Source: an uncultured Chryseobacterium sp.
GTDB lineage: Bacteria; Bacteroidota; Bacteroidia; Palsa-965
Length of the DNA stretch: 60,654 bases
Reading direction: 5' to 3'
Assembly (NCBI GenBank): GCA_964447465.1
Contig: CAYUTR010000001.1
Span: 1 to 60,654, forward strand
The notes under the pieces are model-generated. The model was not told the origin of the DNA and did no database searches. It saw only the letters and a list, made by a program, of their open reading frames with translations. Below, in pieces: positions 29,884-39,200 of this stretch (position 1 is the first letter of the stretch; every line of letters starts with the position of its first letter). The translations under genes were made by a program, and so were the position numbers.

Positions 29884-30331
29884 TCAGGTGGTATTCAACT
29901 AATTAGAGTTACTGTCCCGATGCCACTTATTTTTCCAAACAAATAGCTGTCCCACTGGTGATTTTTGGATGATAAATAATCTAAAAATCATTCTTATGCC
30001 ACTATTTGATCTTATCTGTGCAATCATTAAAGTCGTCCTATCCATCATTAACTTCGATGATGTAGGTTTCTGAAGGTGTAATTCGGCTTGAATTAAGTAT
30101 CAGTTTATTGATTAGTCTGAATGCCTCTACCATTCGGAAGGGGCATTTATTTATTAATATTTAAATGATACTTATTGAATACCGTCAAAGTAAAAGCACC
30201 ACGGAGCCATTTCAAAATTTTTGTTTTTTGGAAATTTCGGTTTACATATCAGAGGAAATGGCACATAATCAACTGACATTCAATTCAATATGGTTGAAAT
30301 TCACGCAACCTACTTTTGAATGAAGACAACG

Positions 30332-30351
30332 TAGCCGTTTGTAAACGGATA
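30332..30351. promoter_or_regulatory. 20-bp palindromic operator-like site O1
   Basis: TAGCCGTTT-GT-AAACGGATA, located 13 nt downstream of a perfect -7 box TACTTTTG (30311-30318). Confidence 0.5.
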
Positions 30352-30724
30352 GCGTATTTCTAAAGATTTGATAGTAAGCTGTTTATTTATTTAAGCAACT
30401 CGCACACGTTGGAAATGTGGGACAGTAAGAAGCTGTTTTTTGAGGTTGCGTTGTAGCAATAGAATTCCACCACAAACATTGGGGCGTGGGACATTTGCGA
30501 ACCAGGACAGAGGAACCGCGAAGTCCCAACACCAAGTAACACAAAGCCCACGCCTTGACGTGAGCAATTGCGCTTCTTTGGTGTATTGAAATTTCGCGGT
30601 TTTCTGTCCCAAGAAACAGCAGTTGCTGTTTAGATATGTTGTTCCTTTTATTCTCTCGATAGTATCAGTTTGATTCTCAAAAATACGACGTTTAGCTGTT
30701 ATCCTCCAAAGGAATACTGAAGGT

Positions 30725-30754
30725 TATCCGTTTACAAACGTTTACAAACGGATA
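30725..30754. promoter_or_regulatory. operator-like site O2 (same palindrome with a 10-bp internal duplication)
   Basis: TATCCGTTTACAAACG+TTTACAAACGGATA. Removing one TTTACAAACG gives TATCCGTTT-AC-AAACGGATA. Lies 17 nt upstream of the -7-like TACTTTTA (30772-30779) and 46 nt upstream of ATG 30801. Confidence 0.5.
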
Positions 30755-30800
30755 AGATGGGCTTATCATCCTACTTTTACACTTACAGCAATCCAAAACG

Positions 30801-31877
30801 ATGAAGGAATTAATCACAGACATTCATAAGACACTGGAGGATTACCAGGAGGGCACAGGGCACGAGATCACGCCAGAGAGAATTGAGAAGTGGATCAGTC
30901 AATTTGATGAGGACGATCAGGAATTTATACTTCAAGAACTTTCTCCAATTCTAAAGGACCGGTACGTGTCTAAGAAAAGTATCAAGGTGTTTCTTAGAGC
31001 AGTTATTGTGAAGCTCCAAAAGAATTACGAATACAAAACACCGCAGAAGTTTTTGAAGGATACTGTTTTTCTTGATCTCCAGGATACCGGTAAGAGTCAA
31101 ACAGTAATGCTCAAACTCCTCGATGAGATTTTGCAAGCTGAATTTGATCTTAAACTTGAAGATTGCGGTAGCGTGAATCAAAAGTATCACATCTATATGG
31201 ATGATATTCTTTGCACCGGGAATACATTCTTTTATGATATAAAAAAATGGGCCGGCAAAGGTGAAGGTTCAAATGAAGAGAAGGTGCGAAAGGGAGAAAT
31301 TGAATTGATTATTTGTTACGTGTTTATCCACACGACTAATTTTCACAAGGTCAATAAAAGATTTAAAAGAGACATATCATCTGGCTTTGCCTCAAAGTAT
31401 TCTTTTTGGAGGTTGAAGGAAATTGACAATGGCAATTCAACAAGTTCAGCTTACGAAACTTTAATGCCTATTGAAGACGATCAATCTGACGAGGTGGTTG
31501 CTTATCAAGAGCAAATCACCACAGAGGTGGACAAATACACAAAGAAAAGCGATTATGAAGTTGATGATGAATTCTACCGGGCCGGTTCACGACCGAAGGA
31601 AGAAAAGTTCTTTTCCAGTCCTGACAATCGGATACGCTTTGAAAATATACTTTTGAATAAGGGCATAGAGATTCTTTCTAAGGCGAGTAGTCAAAAACCT
31701 AATATCCGTGCGTTGGGCTACGAATTACCTTCACATAAAAATTTTGGATTCGGTACTCTTTGTTTTACGTGGCGCAATGTTCCTAATAATACTCCACTTG
31801 TATTCTGGTATGCAGGTGGTGAATTCTTTCCGTTGTTTGAAAAGCGCAGGGCAATACCTACATTTAGATTTGCATGA
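30801..31877 (+). CDS. phosphoribosyltransferase (PRTase)-like domain protein
   Basis: KYHIYMDDILCTGNTFFYD fits the type I PRTase PRPP-binding loop (hydrophobic strand-DD-hydrophobic-x-TG-x-T). About 130 aa precede it and about 210 aa follow it, neither recognised. Stop overlaps the next start (ATGA). Confidence 0.45.
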   Translation: MKELITDIHKTLEDYQEGTGHEITPERIEKWISQFDEDDQEFILQELSPILKDRYVSKKSIKVFLRAVIVKLQKNYEYKTPQKFLKDTVFLDLQDTGKSQTVMLKLLDEILQAEFDLKLEDCGSVNQKYHIYMDDILCTGNTFFYDIKKWAGKGEGSNEEKVRKGEIELIICYVFIHTTNFHKVNKRFKRDISSGFASKYSFWRLKEIDNGNSTSSAYETLMPIEDDQSDEVVAYQEQITTEVDKYTKKSDYEVDDEFYRAGSRPKEEKFFSSPDNRIRFENILLNKGIEILSKASSQKPNIRALGYELPSHKNFGFGTLCFTWRNVPNNTPLVFWYAGGEFFPLFEKRRAIPTFRFA

Positions 31878-32593
31878 AAGGCCAAACCAACAAGAACGAG
31901 GAGAGAATCTACACCTACTCCTCGTCCTGTACATTTAGAAAGACCAAAGAAAATTTTGGCGGACTATCGAATATGGCAAGTGGCTTTCCGCTTGAGATCA
32001 ATGGCATCCATATTTATTCCTCTGAGGCCTTATATCAAGCGTGTCGATTTCCACACTTGCCTGAAGTACAAAAAAACATACTGGAGCAGAAAAGTCCAAT
32101 GACCGCAAAAATGGTTAGCAAGCCATTTCGGGAAGAATCCCGAAAAGATTGGATGCAGATTAGAATAAAAGTGATGCGATGGTGTTTGAAAGTAAAATTG
32201 GCTCAACACTTTGATTCCTTCGGCAGACTTATCGAAACGACAAACTCAAAGGACATTGTAGAGGAATCATCGAAAGATCCATTTTGGGGAGCTATTCGGA
32301 TTAATGAAAACGAGTTGAAAGGTGTAAATGCTTTAGGGCGCTTGTTGATGGAGCTGAGAAATGACTACAATTCGATTAAGAGATTTGAATTGCTCATCGT
32401 AAATCCTCCAGCGATTCCCAGGTTTAATCTGATGGGAAAAAAAATAAAGCGAATTGATGAAAGAAAGAAATTTCTCAAGGATATGAAACAAAAAATTGGC
32501 TTAGAGAAAAATAAAAATTCAACATCCATAAAAGTGCAAGGTGGGAAGTCTATTCAGGAGCGGGAGAAAAGCTCAGAACTCTTACTCTTTTAG
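31874..32593 (+). CDS. NADAR (YbiA/DUF1768) family protein
   Basis: FGGLSNMASGFPLEINGIHIYSSEALYQACRF, W..IRIKVMRWCLKVKLAQH, IVEESSKDPFWG and GVNALGRLLMELR follow the NADAR consensus blocks in order. K-rich C-terminal tail. Confidence 0.75.
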   Translation: MKGQTNKNEERIYTYSSSCTFRKTKENFGGLSNMASGFPLEINGIHIYSSEALYQACRFPHLPEVQKNILEQKSPMTAKMVSKPFREESRKDWMQIRIKVMRWCLKVKLAQHFDSFGRLIETTNSKDIVEESSKDPFWGAIRINENELKGVNALGRLLMELRNDYNSIKRFELLIVNPPAIPRFNLMGKKIKRIDERKKFLKDMKQKIGLEKNKNSTSIKVQGGKSIQEREKSSELLLF

Positions 32594-32595
32594 AA

Positions 32596-33630
32596 ATGTC
32601 TGAAATTGATTGGAAGAAACTTCTGCTTAAATCAGGTCTGCCATTTGAGTATGAAGTGAAAGAGTGTTTCGTGAAGCAGGGCTGTACTGTGTGGGATGAA
32701 TATTCCTACGTCAAGGAAGATGAAAATAATGTCGAAAAAGAATTTTCTCACGATCAGCAAGCGAATACCTGGATAGGTGGAAATTCTGTTGACTTTCTAA
32801 TAGAGTGTAAATACAAAACCGAACCGACTAAATGGTTTTTTTCTCCTGACCCATACGCATACCAGGACGAACTTACGCGAAATGATTTTTTACATCCCGT
32901 CGATCATTTCATCGATAATAAATTTCCATTCACGGAATCTCCATACGACAAAGTTCAGGATGCACTTGGGCCATTCTGTTTAAAGGGCGTAGAGTTACTC
33001 GGCAACAAGTGCAATGACCTGACGATTTATAAGGCAATCAATCAATTGTCCTACGCATTTGTTCACCACTACATGAACTCGATTGAGAACCAAATGAGTG
33101 ACGGACAATTTGGCGGAGGAAGGTATTTCCAGATTCCTGTTATCATTACTAACGCAGAACTGTATTTAATCAACGAAGGGGTAACGACAAAAGACATTGC
33201 ACAGTCAAAAAGTATTGAAGAAATATCCCACCGTGAGAATTTTTTGATCTTTCACAATAAAATTGGACAACAATTAAGGGCACACAACTACGACAAGGTT
33301 TATGCTTTTTTCAATAACCTTCCCATGACAGATAGGTTCAAGGCGAAAAACAAATCATTCACAGAAGACATTAGTCAGTTTATTAACATCGTGGCAAGCG
33401 TCTTATGTCCACAGGCCATTTTAGTGATGCACCACGATGAAGCTCATCAGAATTACAAAAAGCTGTTTGATTACATCACCTTTTTTATGGTTCAGTCTCC
33501 TGAGTTAAAAAAGCGAGTGAAAGAGGAAATGGAAAAATTGCAAGAGACATTGAAGCAAATGGAGAGTAAGCCACGCAAAAACAAGAAAGAGGGGAAATCC
33601 TCAACTAAAACACCCAAAAAGCAGTCATAA
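32596..33630 (+). CDS. PD-(D/E)xK nuclease-fold protein with long helical C-terminal extension
   Basis: Starts 2 nt after the upstream stop. LPFEYEV ... FSHD ... NSVDFLIECKYK gives the E / D / ExK arrangement of restriction-endonuclease-like folds. Lys-rich tail. Confidence 0.55.
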   Translation: MSEIDWKKLLLKSGLPFEYEVKECFVKQGCTVWDEYSYVKEDENNVEKEFSHDQQANTWIGGNSVDFLIECKYKTEPTKWFFSPDPYAYQDELTRNDFLHPVDHFIDNKFPFTESPYDKVQDALGPFCLKGVELLGNKCNDLTIYKAINQLSYAFVHHYMNSIENQMSDGQFGGGRYFQIPVIITNAELYLINEGVTTKDIAQSKSIEEISHRENFLIFHNKIGQQLRAHNYDKVYAFFNNLPMTDRFKAKNKSFTEDISQFINIVASVLCPQAILVMHHDEAHQNYKKLFDYITFFMVQSPELKKRVKEEMEKLQETLKQMESKPRKNKKEGKSSTKTPKKQS

Positions 33631-33722
33631 TCTGCCAACAATTGTCAACTACACTTTTGCGGGAATTGGCGTAACTTCTTTTTCTTTAGCGTCTTACAAT
33701 GAAAATGACGCGATGTGATGTA

Positions 33723-33749
33723 TGCCACATTCTGCCACAAATTGCCACA
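33723..33749 (+). promoter_or_regulatory. three direct TGCCACA repeats at exact 10-bp phasing
   Basis: TGCCACA at 33723, 33733 and 33743, 45-70 nt upstream of ATG 33794. A -7-like TATCTTTA lies at 33782-33789. Confidence 0.45.
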
Positions 33750-33793
33750 ACCGATCAACAAGAATTCAATCTACTGGATATTATCTTTACAAG

Positions 33794-34594
33794 ATGACTG
33801 TTGACAAAGGAGAAGCTGGCGTTTCGATTATTAAGTCATTGCTCAGTGCTGTGCCTTATGTTGGCACAGCTTTGGACGAAGTGTTTTTTGAATACCGGGG
33901 ACGGATCAAGCAAAAGCGCATTGAAAAATTCATTGAGATTTTTGCAGAACTCGTTGGCAGCATTAAGCAAGAACAGTTTAACCTGGACAGTATTAAATCG
34001 GAAGATTTTAGTGACTTTTTTGAAGCGTTGCTTATTCAGGTATCAAAAACATCATCGGAGAAAAAACTTGAACGCTTCAAGCAACTGCTATTAAAAGAAC
34101 TCATTGATCCGTCACCGGTCGATTATGCAGAACTGTATTTGCAGATTCTTAGCGGCTTGCATGAAAAGCAAATAATAATGCTTTCGGATTATGATGATGT
34201 ACGAGGGTCAGAGTATAATTCCGCTGTGGGAGAAAGAAATATTACCGAAGCGGAAGTAACAAGGATAGAGAAGCAACTTGAAATAGCATACAGGGCAGTG
34301 ACCGATACTACACCGGCGGAAGAGGATCAAAATATCCAAAACCTCTTAGGCTTAAAGCAAGATATGGAGAGACGGTTTAAATGGCTTGACGAAAAAGTTA
34401 GTGATCTGAGCGTTGAGTACGCAAGCGTGGAATATGGAATGGATACTGAAGAAAGAATGTATTTCATTCAGGACTTGTGCAGCAAGGGTTTACTCCGAGA
34501 TATTGGAATGGAATACCCTGGGACAGCTTCCGGGGTTCTTGTCGAAATTACGCAGCTCGGAAGTGATTTGGTTAAGAGAATTCAGGATCAATGA
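33794..34594 (+). CDS. hypothetical protein with C-terminal winged-helix-like segment
   Basis: ORF 33722..34594 trimmed to ATG 33794 (MTVDKGEAGV). Helical N-terminus (SIIKSLLSAVPYVGTALDEVFFEYRGRIKQKRIEKF, faintly Abi-alpha/DUF4393-like). C-terminal YFIQDLCSKGLLRDIG...VEITQLGSDLVKRI is wHTH-like. Confidence 0.4.
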   Translation: MTVDKGEAGVSIIKSLLSAVPYVGTALDEVFFEYRGRIKQKRIEKFIEIFAELVGSIKQEQFNLDSIKSEDFSDFFEALLIQVSKTSSEKKLERFKQLLLKELIDPSPVDYAELYLQILSGLHEKQIIMLSDYDDVRGSEYNSAVGERNITEAEVTRIEKQLEIAYRAVTDTTPAEEDQNIQNLLGLKQDMERRFKWLDEKVSDLSVEYASVEYGMDTEERMYFIQDLCSKGLLRDIGMEYPGTASGVLVEITQLGSDLVKRIQDQ

Positions 34595-34604
34595 ACCGGG
34601 CACA

Positions 34605-34635
34605 AAAAAAACCGCACAGAGGCGGTTTCTTTTGC
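34605..34635. terminator. bidirectional rho-independent terminator between convergent genes
   Basis: AAAAAAAACCGC-ACAGAG-GCGGTTTCTTTT: an A-tract, a 6-bp GC-rich stem, then a T-tract. Confidence 0.65.
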
Positions 34636-34646
34636 TTTGGCGGCAT

Positions 34647-36212
34647 TTATTCTCTCGGATCAGCAAATCGTACCAGTTCGCCAGTATATCCCTTGAATCG
34701 GCCTTTTCCGAATGCAGCTCCAAATTCAGGGAATTCGACAATGTGTGCTGCATCATGCACGTACTCATTCGCTCCCCGGTGCTGCCCATCCTTCGTAGCA
34801 TGAAGGATCGCAAACAAAGTCGTGTCAGGGCCGAGTCGTTTTTGCAAGGCTACCAACTGCTTCGGATTAAGTCCGAGTCGGCTTACGCTGTCCAGAAATA
34901 CAAATTTATAGTCGCGAAGATCGCCTGGATTAGCAGGTAAGTCGTCGTCAACGTACAGGTTTGGATTTGCCGCCTGCGTCTGTTCAAACTTGTCCTGGAA
35001 TGTACCTGAGAGTTCCTCTTCCTTTTGAATGAATAGCACCGGTCCGTGATGAGTTGAAAGGTATCCGGCAAAGTCAACCAGCGTCGTTGTTTTACCGAGT
35101 TTTTCTTTGGAGAAAACAATCGTATGTTTTCCAGGTTCAATATGTCCGAAGACCTTTACCCAAGGCTCGGCGATTGTATAACATGGAAACTTCTGTTTCA
35201 TAAATTCCGTGCTCGGTATCGGCCCTTTGGATTTCCGCTGAACGTTTTCTTCGTCGTGTGAAGCATTCACTTCCTTATCATAGGTTTCAGGGTACTCAAT
35301 GCCGTTCAGTTCCTCCGGTTCCTTTTCGCAACCACAACCGAGAATGCCACTCAGTTCGGCAGGTAAAAGCGGTAATAGAGCTTTTTCATTTTTCTTTTCG
35401 TCGTACTTCTTCAGCACTTTCATGGCTTCGATAATCTGGCTGAAGTACCTGTCATCCTCCGGGATGTCTCCCTTTTCAATTGCGTTAAACATTCCGTTGT
35501 AAAGTCTCCTGACTTTTTCCACCGTGGTAGATTTTTCTGCTTGACCTGCGTATTGTGACAAGAGTTGAACTGAACGCATTTTGTGCTCATCCTGGATTAA
35601 AGCCTCAATAGCTTTTCTTTCGCCGGCAGAAATATGTACCATCGCCATCGCACCTTTCGTTGTGTTGACCAGCTTTACAATGTTGTCGCGCATCTTTTCT
35701 ATATGCGCGGAATATTTGGAAGCCTTGCGCAGAACGCGGGCGTTGATCTGTCTTGCAAGTTTCCTGGCAAAAGATATTACGCGACTCGTTGGAACTTCCT
35801 TCTTTGAAAGATTGAGATACTGACCAAGCAGTACAATATGCGGATCAAGTGTTTCAACCGCCTTGCCAGATTTGTGCTTTGGCAGACTGACAGAACGCCT
35901 AACCACCTGCCGGGACTGAGGTTCTTCGTCCGGAGTTTTTTGCTTTGATGTTACAGGACCGTGTGATTTTGTTTCTGCCTTTTTGGGTGGGGAACTCTTT
36001 TCACTACCCTTTGTCTCCATCATTTCATCGAGAAGGGCAAATTGCTTAACCATCGCCGACCTGATCGTTTCGTTGCGATCATACAGCTTCCAGTTACTTC
36101 CGCTTTCCGTAGCGTTGCGGATGTAATCATGCGCCTTCTGCATCTTGTCTGAAAGGTTCTTAGCACCAATCTCACGGATGCGCTCAAAATAATTTTCTTT
36201 TGATGTTTTCAT
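34647..36212 (-). CDS. protein with C-terminal RadA/Sak4-like RecA-fold ATPase domain
   Basis: Walker A-like FSKEKLGKTT, Walker B YKFVFLDS, then LFAILHATKDGQHRGANEYVHDAAHIVEF...KGRFKGYTGE, which parallels RadA GHVTKEGxIAGPRxLEHMVDxVLxFEG...KNRFG. The ~340-aa N-terminus is unrecognised. Confidence 0.5.
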   Translation of the reverse strand: MKTSKENYFERIREIGAKNLSDKMQKAHDYIRNATESGSNWKLYDRNETIRSAMVKQFALLDEMMETKGSEKSSPPKKAETKSHGPVTSKQKTPDEEPQSRQVVRRSVSLPKHKSGKAVETLDPHIVLLGQYLNLSKKEVPTSRVISFARKLARQINARVLRKASKYSAHIEKMRDNIVKLVNTTKGAMAMVHISAGERKAIEALIQDEHKMRSVQLLSQYAGQAEKSTTVEKVRRLYNGMFNAIEKGDIPEDDRYFSQIIEAMKVLKKYDEKKNEKALLPLLPAELSGILGCGCEKEPEELNGIEYPETYDKEVNASHDEENVQRKSKGPIPSTEFMKQKFPCYTIAEPWVKVFGHIEPGKHTIVFSKEKLGKTTTLVDFAGYLSTHHGPVLFIQKEEELSGTFQDKFEQTQAANPNLYVDDDLPANPGDLRDYKFVFLDSVSRLGLNPKQLVALQKRLGPDTTLFAILHATKDGQHRGANEYVHDAAHIVEFPEFGAAFGKGRFKGYTGELVRFADPRE

Positions 36213-36229
36213 TTTAACCTCCTTTTGGG

Positions 36230-39200
36230 TTATTCTTCATCCAGTTCTAGCATAAGCAAAATTGCCTCCGCTTCCAGTTCCAATTCTCTTTCGAGCAGCG
36301 TTTCATCTTCTACCACTTCGGGCAGCATTTCAAGGTCAGGGAAACTTTCCTGTTCCTGTTTGTCTGTGAACTCCTTGTAAATCTTATCAAACTGCAATGG
36401 AGTGACCGCGACAGAAGTGCCTAAATCGCTCTCCAAAATTTCCAGCACTTCTTTAAGTTTAGTTGAATCGAAATAGGCAACCATCTTATCGCTTTGCTTG
36501 CTGAAGTTGTTATCGTCAATGAGCTTCAATAGGTTTTCATTCAGAAATATTTCACCTCCCTTGCTCTTTGTTCCTGAAACAACTACCATGAAACGTCCGT
36601 CACGTCGGAACAACGAAAGATGTTTTCCGATCACCACATGACCTCCTTCTACTAATGATTGTAAAATGGAATATGCTTTTGTTGCAGGAACAGCTACACC
36701 TTTTTCTGCGTCTTCATCCGGAGTCCAGTATTCAGGCATAAGGATTCCTTTTGCAACAGATCCGTCTTTGGTAGTGTAGTTGATGAGTTTGCCCCGGTAG
36801 CGACCAAGGGCCTGAAGAATATTTCCAGTAATAATGTACCTGCTTGCCCGGTCTGATTGGCGCTTTTGTGTTGTCTCTGACCAAATATCAGCGACCTGTT
36901 CAAAACCTCGCTGTGGTATATCAAAGCTCTCACCCTTTATACGCTGAATTGTCTCAGCCTTACTTGCAGGAATAACCAGGTATCGCAACCCGCTCGCAAT
37001 CGCAAAACGAAGTTTGATAGCACTTGGCGTAAAAGGATTTTTTTGATTTCGGTCAATTCCGAATCCAATGAAGACCGCTAGTATCTTTATCTGCCCTTCG
37101 TCCAGCGTCCTTGCAGGATAGTACAACAAGCGACCAACGTAGAAAAACGCAAGCGTTGATTTGGCAAAGTCGTTCCTACGTTCATAGTTGTATTGGGCTT
37201 TTTCTTCGCGGGATTTACGCTCGTCTTTGATAACTGCTTCCGCCTTATCTAATGCTCTTTCATACACTTCCCATCCATGCTTTTCAAGCATCTTCTTTAA
37301 TCGTGCCGAAGTTTTGAGTTCGTCAATTGAACGTGTGTATTGCTCCTTAGCCTGGAGCAGTTCATCATCAAGCATTTTCTGGCTTGCTGTTTTGAATTCA
37401 TCAAGGAGCATTCTGCTCTGTTCGGTAGCGGACAGTCCATCAAGTGACTGTCGTAGCATTACTCCCAATTCGTCAGCCTTCATCGGCTTACGCAATACAT
37501 TCACTTCGACAGTTTCCAAAACGCTGTCTTTTCCAAAGGAACTTCTTCCACCTCGACCCATTATTAAAACCTTGCGTTGTTTGGTTTCAGCATCGAGCTT
37601 CATTTCCTCAACTTCAAGATCGTATTCGCCGGTTTGCTTCATGTATTCAACATGGTCATTGTACCTCCGAACGACCTCATCATAAAAGTCCTGTTGCTCC
37701 TTTGAAGAAAGAACAGCTACACGACCGGAAACCATGAACGCTGCGTCATCTTTGCCGCGCTTCAGTTCCTTCGGTTCCTTTCCTTCCTTCTCTTTTTCTT
37801 TAAGTCCTAGAGGGTCTTGCAGAGCATCATTTATTTCAGGGTGATCTACCATGTATTCTGTCACGACTAAATCACCATACTTGTTCAGAAAATCAGGCAC
37901 GTCGAGAATCCTCGTACTCTGTTTTTGATTCGATGTTGTGTTCGCGTCCAACGATTTTAACTTTCGTTGAAGCATCATCATCAAGCGTTTTTCCGCAGGA
38001 ATTGCAGACGAAACATAATCGTAGATAGGTTTATATACCTGACCGGTGCGATTGACCCTGCCGCGCTTCTGTACCTCTGTACTAATATCAAGTTCTGGCT
38101 GCAGCACGATCATTACACGTTGCTTCACCTCCTCAAAAGGAACTTTGTCTGTTACGATTGCATGTGCTGATGCGCCTGTTGAACCAGATTGATTGATAAG
38201 CAAGACATCAATTTCATTGTTGTTGAATTTTCGGAAAGCCTCATTGGTAAGAATTTTTTTACGCGGATGGATGCGCCCCATGAGTTTGGTTCGCTTACCA
38301 AATGCTTCTTCCAGGTCAATGCCTGGGAATTCATCTTCAGCGGTGCTTGAAAACTCAATACCGCTTTCTGTTTTCACCTCGTTGAGTTCAACCGAAATTC
38401 TTCGCCCGGTAACTTCAGCAACAGAATATCCGGCCTCACGGATTTTTTTGACAATCACATCAATTGGCGAAATGCTGATCCCGGTTGAAACCGTTTCAAT
38501 CTTCTCGATGATATTCCAATATGCAAGTTCCGCCTGTGGCCCGAGTTCTTTGGCCGTAAAGGTTCTTTGTTCAACTCTTCCATTGGGGAGCGTGAGGGTA
38601 TATCGCATGATACTTGATAAACCGCGTTTAAGCACCTCCGAAAAATCAGCGGCGATAACGTCACCAGCTTTAACAGGCTCACCGTCTTCATTCGTCATGG
38701 ACTCAATAAATGCAGCCATTGTGCTGGAAAAAGCGATCACCGGTTTTTTCCCTTCCTTCAGGCGCATGATTGCACGTTCTGCCACCGCGTCAGCCTTAAT
38801 ACTGAAAAGCATTTGATTGATAACATTAAATACCCTTGAGAAGTAAGGGTCATTGCTCACCCCTGCCTGCTTCGTTCCTTTCCGTAACTCAACATTCACG
38901 TTGGCTTCGGCAAGTTCATCATCAAGACGCTTCACTTCCTTGCTTACAAAATCCTCCTGGAAACGGATGGTGTCACGAAGTACTTGGGTAACAGTATCAG
39001 CGATTGCCCGGTGTTCGTCCTCCATCTCGTCGAGGGTAATGTAATTGACTTCTACACCTTCATAAGAACGTTCACGGCGCACCATTTGACCTTCCTTGAC
39101 CAACTCGCTGGAAATAACTTCCTGCAACGGCACACCACCGGCCCTGATTGCCCAAACAAGCTGTTCACGATTCATGTTGCTTTCGCTCATCAGGGTTTTC

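Noticed and set aside
29969-30073. 34-codon hydrophobic ORF (MINNLKIILMPLFDLICAIIKVVLSIINFDDVGF) and a 52-codon ORF at 30165..30323
   Set aside because: Too short to support without conservation or expression data. A type I toxin-like peptide cannot be excluded, but there is no evidence beyond an open frame.
30391-30612. 73-aa minus-strand ORF in the long leader
   Set aside because: Trp/Cys/Arg-rich and improbable as a protein sequence. It coincides with the inverted-repeat/helix region, so an RNA or regulatory interpretation is preferred.
30332-30754. Invertible (phase-variable) promoter segment flanked by inverted repeats
   Set aside because: The two sites are each internally palindromic, so their apparent inverted relationship is trivial. 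An operator interpretation is simpler. Inversion would need read-level evidence.
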